DNA from: Chamaesiphon sp.
Lineage (GTDB): Bacteria; Cyanobacteriota; Cyanobacteriia; Cyanobacteriales; Chamaesiphonaceae
Direction of reading: 5' to 3'
Length of the DNA stretch: 64,000 nucleotides
NCBI GenBank assembly: GCA_965246715.1
Contig: CBDFFH010000015.1
Location: 160,001 to 224,000 of the forward strand
Shown here: positions 62,633-64,000 of the stretch, piece by piece
Layout of the letters: the number at the start of each line of letters is the position of its first letter
Position numbering within the stretch: position 1 is the stretch's first letter
Position numbers and translations under genes: made by a program
Notes under the pieces: generated by a model
What the model saw: only the letters and a program-made list of their open reading frames with translations
Database searches by the model: none
What the model was told of the DNA's origin: nothing

Positions 62633-64000
62633 ATCTTTTTTGGTACCAAACCGATCTTTATGTGGGTTGCGCGGAAACTTTTTAACCCGCTCGCGATTAA
62701 CCCACCAATCTTCTTCCCGATATTCGCTGAACTCTGGGATGGAGTCGGTTCTAATTACTGCGAGCTTAGGACTATTCATGCCCCTAATCAATAGTGCCAA
62801 GGTGTCCCGATGATAGTGAATATCGACTCCGGCTGCGGACATTTCTTGAGTATTCGTACCCCAAGCAATAATATCCGCTAATCTCGCAGCATCTGCTAGC
62901 AAAAATGAAGAGAGTGCGATTTGTTTTTCGCCATCGATAACTGTCTGCTTGATCGCGGTATCGGTAGAAAAAATCGCTAGTTTGATGTTCGTCAGACATC
63001 GAGCTAAAACGCGCTCATCAAATGGCCCGATTCGAGCGATTACCGTATCTCCCGCTGGAGAGATTTCGCTATCGTCTGCTTCTAAAACATTGAGCATGGG
63101 CAATGTCTCTTTTTTACCACTGAGATCGAGTTGTCCTAAAAATACATGCCGTTCGTAACCAGCCGGAATTCCTGTAAAATAAATCGGTAGATCTCGACCC
63201 GATCGCACGATCTTATGTAATGCTAGATCGAGCGTATTAATCGGCCAACCCAGATCTTTGACAGCCAATAGCTTCGTCTGTCCTGGCTGGAGAATGGTGA
63301 GCGCATTGAGCAATAAACCCATTGCTTCTTCGATATTTTGGGTGTAAATATAGCGATCGGGTGCGTGCATACTCACGATGCCATTAGCTACGCATGCGTC
63401 TAAATCGGCACTAACGGGACTATTTTCGACGACATGCGTGAATCTCACGATGCCATATTGACAAGTTCTGGGTTGCGAATAATCACTAAATAACCACTCA
63501 GCAATCTTCTTCGATGCTGCATAAATATCGGGAGTAAAGTATCGCGAAGCTTTGCCTGTTGAAGAAAAAATACAAGCTTCGACTCGATTATTTTCACATA
63601 GCTTGATGATATTATCGCAGCCTAAAATATTAGTGCTGACAGTTTGATGAATTTGAATTTCAGCCAATCCTGGCAATCTTTCTGCTGCCAAATGAAATAC
63701 GATCTGTGGCTGCTCGATATCAAAGATCGCTTGGAGCGATCGCACATCGCGAACGTCGCCATAATAATAAGCAACGGGAATACTTATGTCGCTGGAAGTA
63801 GCATCGATGGCAACTCGTTGTGAACGATCTGTTGTGATATCGACGGAAACAATCTTTTTGACACCAAATTGTTGGAGCTTGGCAATTAAATTAGTAGCGA
63901 CGAAACCTTGGCCTCCAGTTACTAATACTACTTTATTTTTTAAAGCCGCTGTAACTTTTGGCAGATCGATCGCAATCTGGCGCTGATAAACTTCAGTAAA
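62600..64000 (-). CDS. CapD-like nucleotide-sugar epimerase/dehydratase; 5' end outside window
   Basis: Open from window end; VLVTGGQGFV, HLAA, YAASK. Confidence 0.8.
   Translation of the reverse strand, partial: FTEVYQRQIAIDLPKVTAALKNKVVLVTGGQGFVATNLIAKLQQFGVKKIVSVDITTDRSQRVAIDATSSDISIPVAYYYGDVRDVRSLQAIFDIEQPQIVFHLAAERLPGLAEIQIHQTVSTNILGCDNIIKLCENNRVEACIFSSTGKASRYFTPDIYAASKKIAEWLFSDYSQPRTCQYGIVRFTHVVENSPVSADLDACVANGIVSMHAPDRYIYTQNIEEAMGLLLNALTILQPGQTKLLAVKDLGWPINTLDLALHKIVRSGRDLPIYFTGIPAGYERHVFLGQLDLSGKKETLPMLNVLEADDSEISPAGDTVIARIGPFDERVLARCLTNIKLAIFSTDTAIKQTVIDGEKQIALSSFLLADAARLADIIAWGTNTQEMSAAGVDIHYHRDTLALLIRGMNSPKLAVIRTDSIPEFSEYREEDWWVNRERVKKFPRNPHKDRFGTKKDLDPIVTGDLS

Overview
Cyanobacterial chromosome segment (chlG, CugP-type nucleotidyltransferase, PSII S4-domain protein, very dense CGATCG/HIP1-type sites with many TCGATCGA variants, suggesting a Chamaesiphon-like genome). 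Housekeeping genes (murT/gatD, era, scpA, ureG, tRNA-Leu(CAG), pheS, xseAB, chlG, tatC, murG, serA, prmA, ggt) are interleaved with accessory DNA. Main result: two divergently oriented IS110/IS621-type elements (44605-45969 on -, 46108-47372 on +). Each has a readable bridge RNA in its left non-coding end. The donor guides are shared, but the target guides (CCCGCCCCT vs ATTGCCCCT) each match the different GTAG-type REP hairpin that the element occupies, and unoccupied copies of one target lie at 17693-17720. Second result: an IS5-interrupted gene that reconstructs into a PD-(D/E)XK/HsdR_N-like nuclease fused to a ParA ATPase, followed by a ParB-like/HhH partner, a candidate uncharacterised system. 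The window also holds MITEs with target duplications, ~48-bp GCG...CAAGACA micro-elements with compensatory stems and nested 21-24 nt insertions (one in frame inside prmA), a stress/dehydrogenase cluster and several pseudogenes. Family assignments come from motif recognition by eye; no searches were run.
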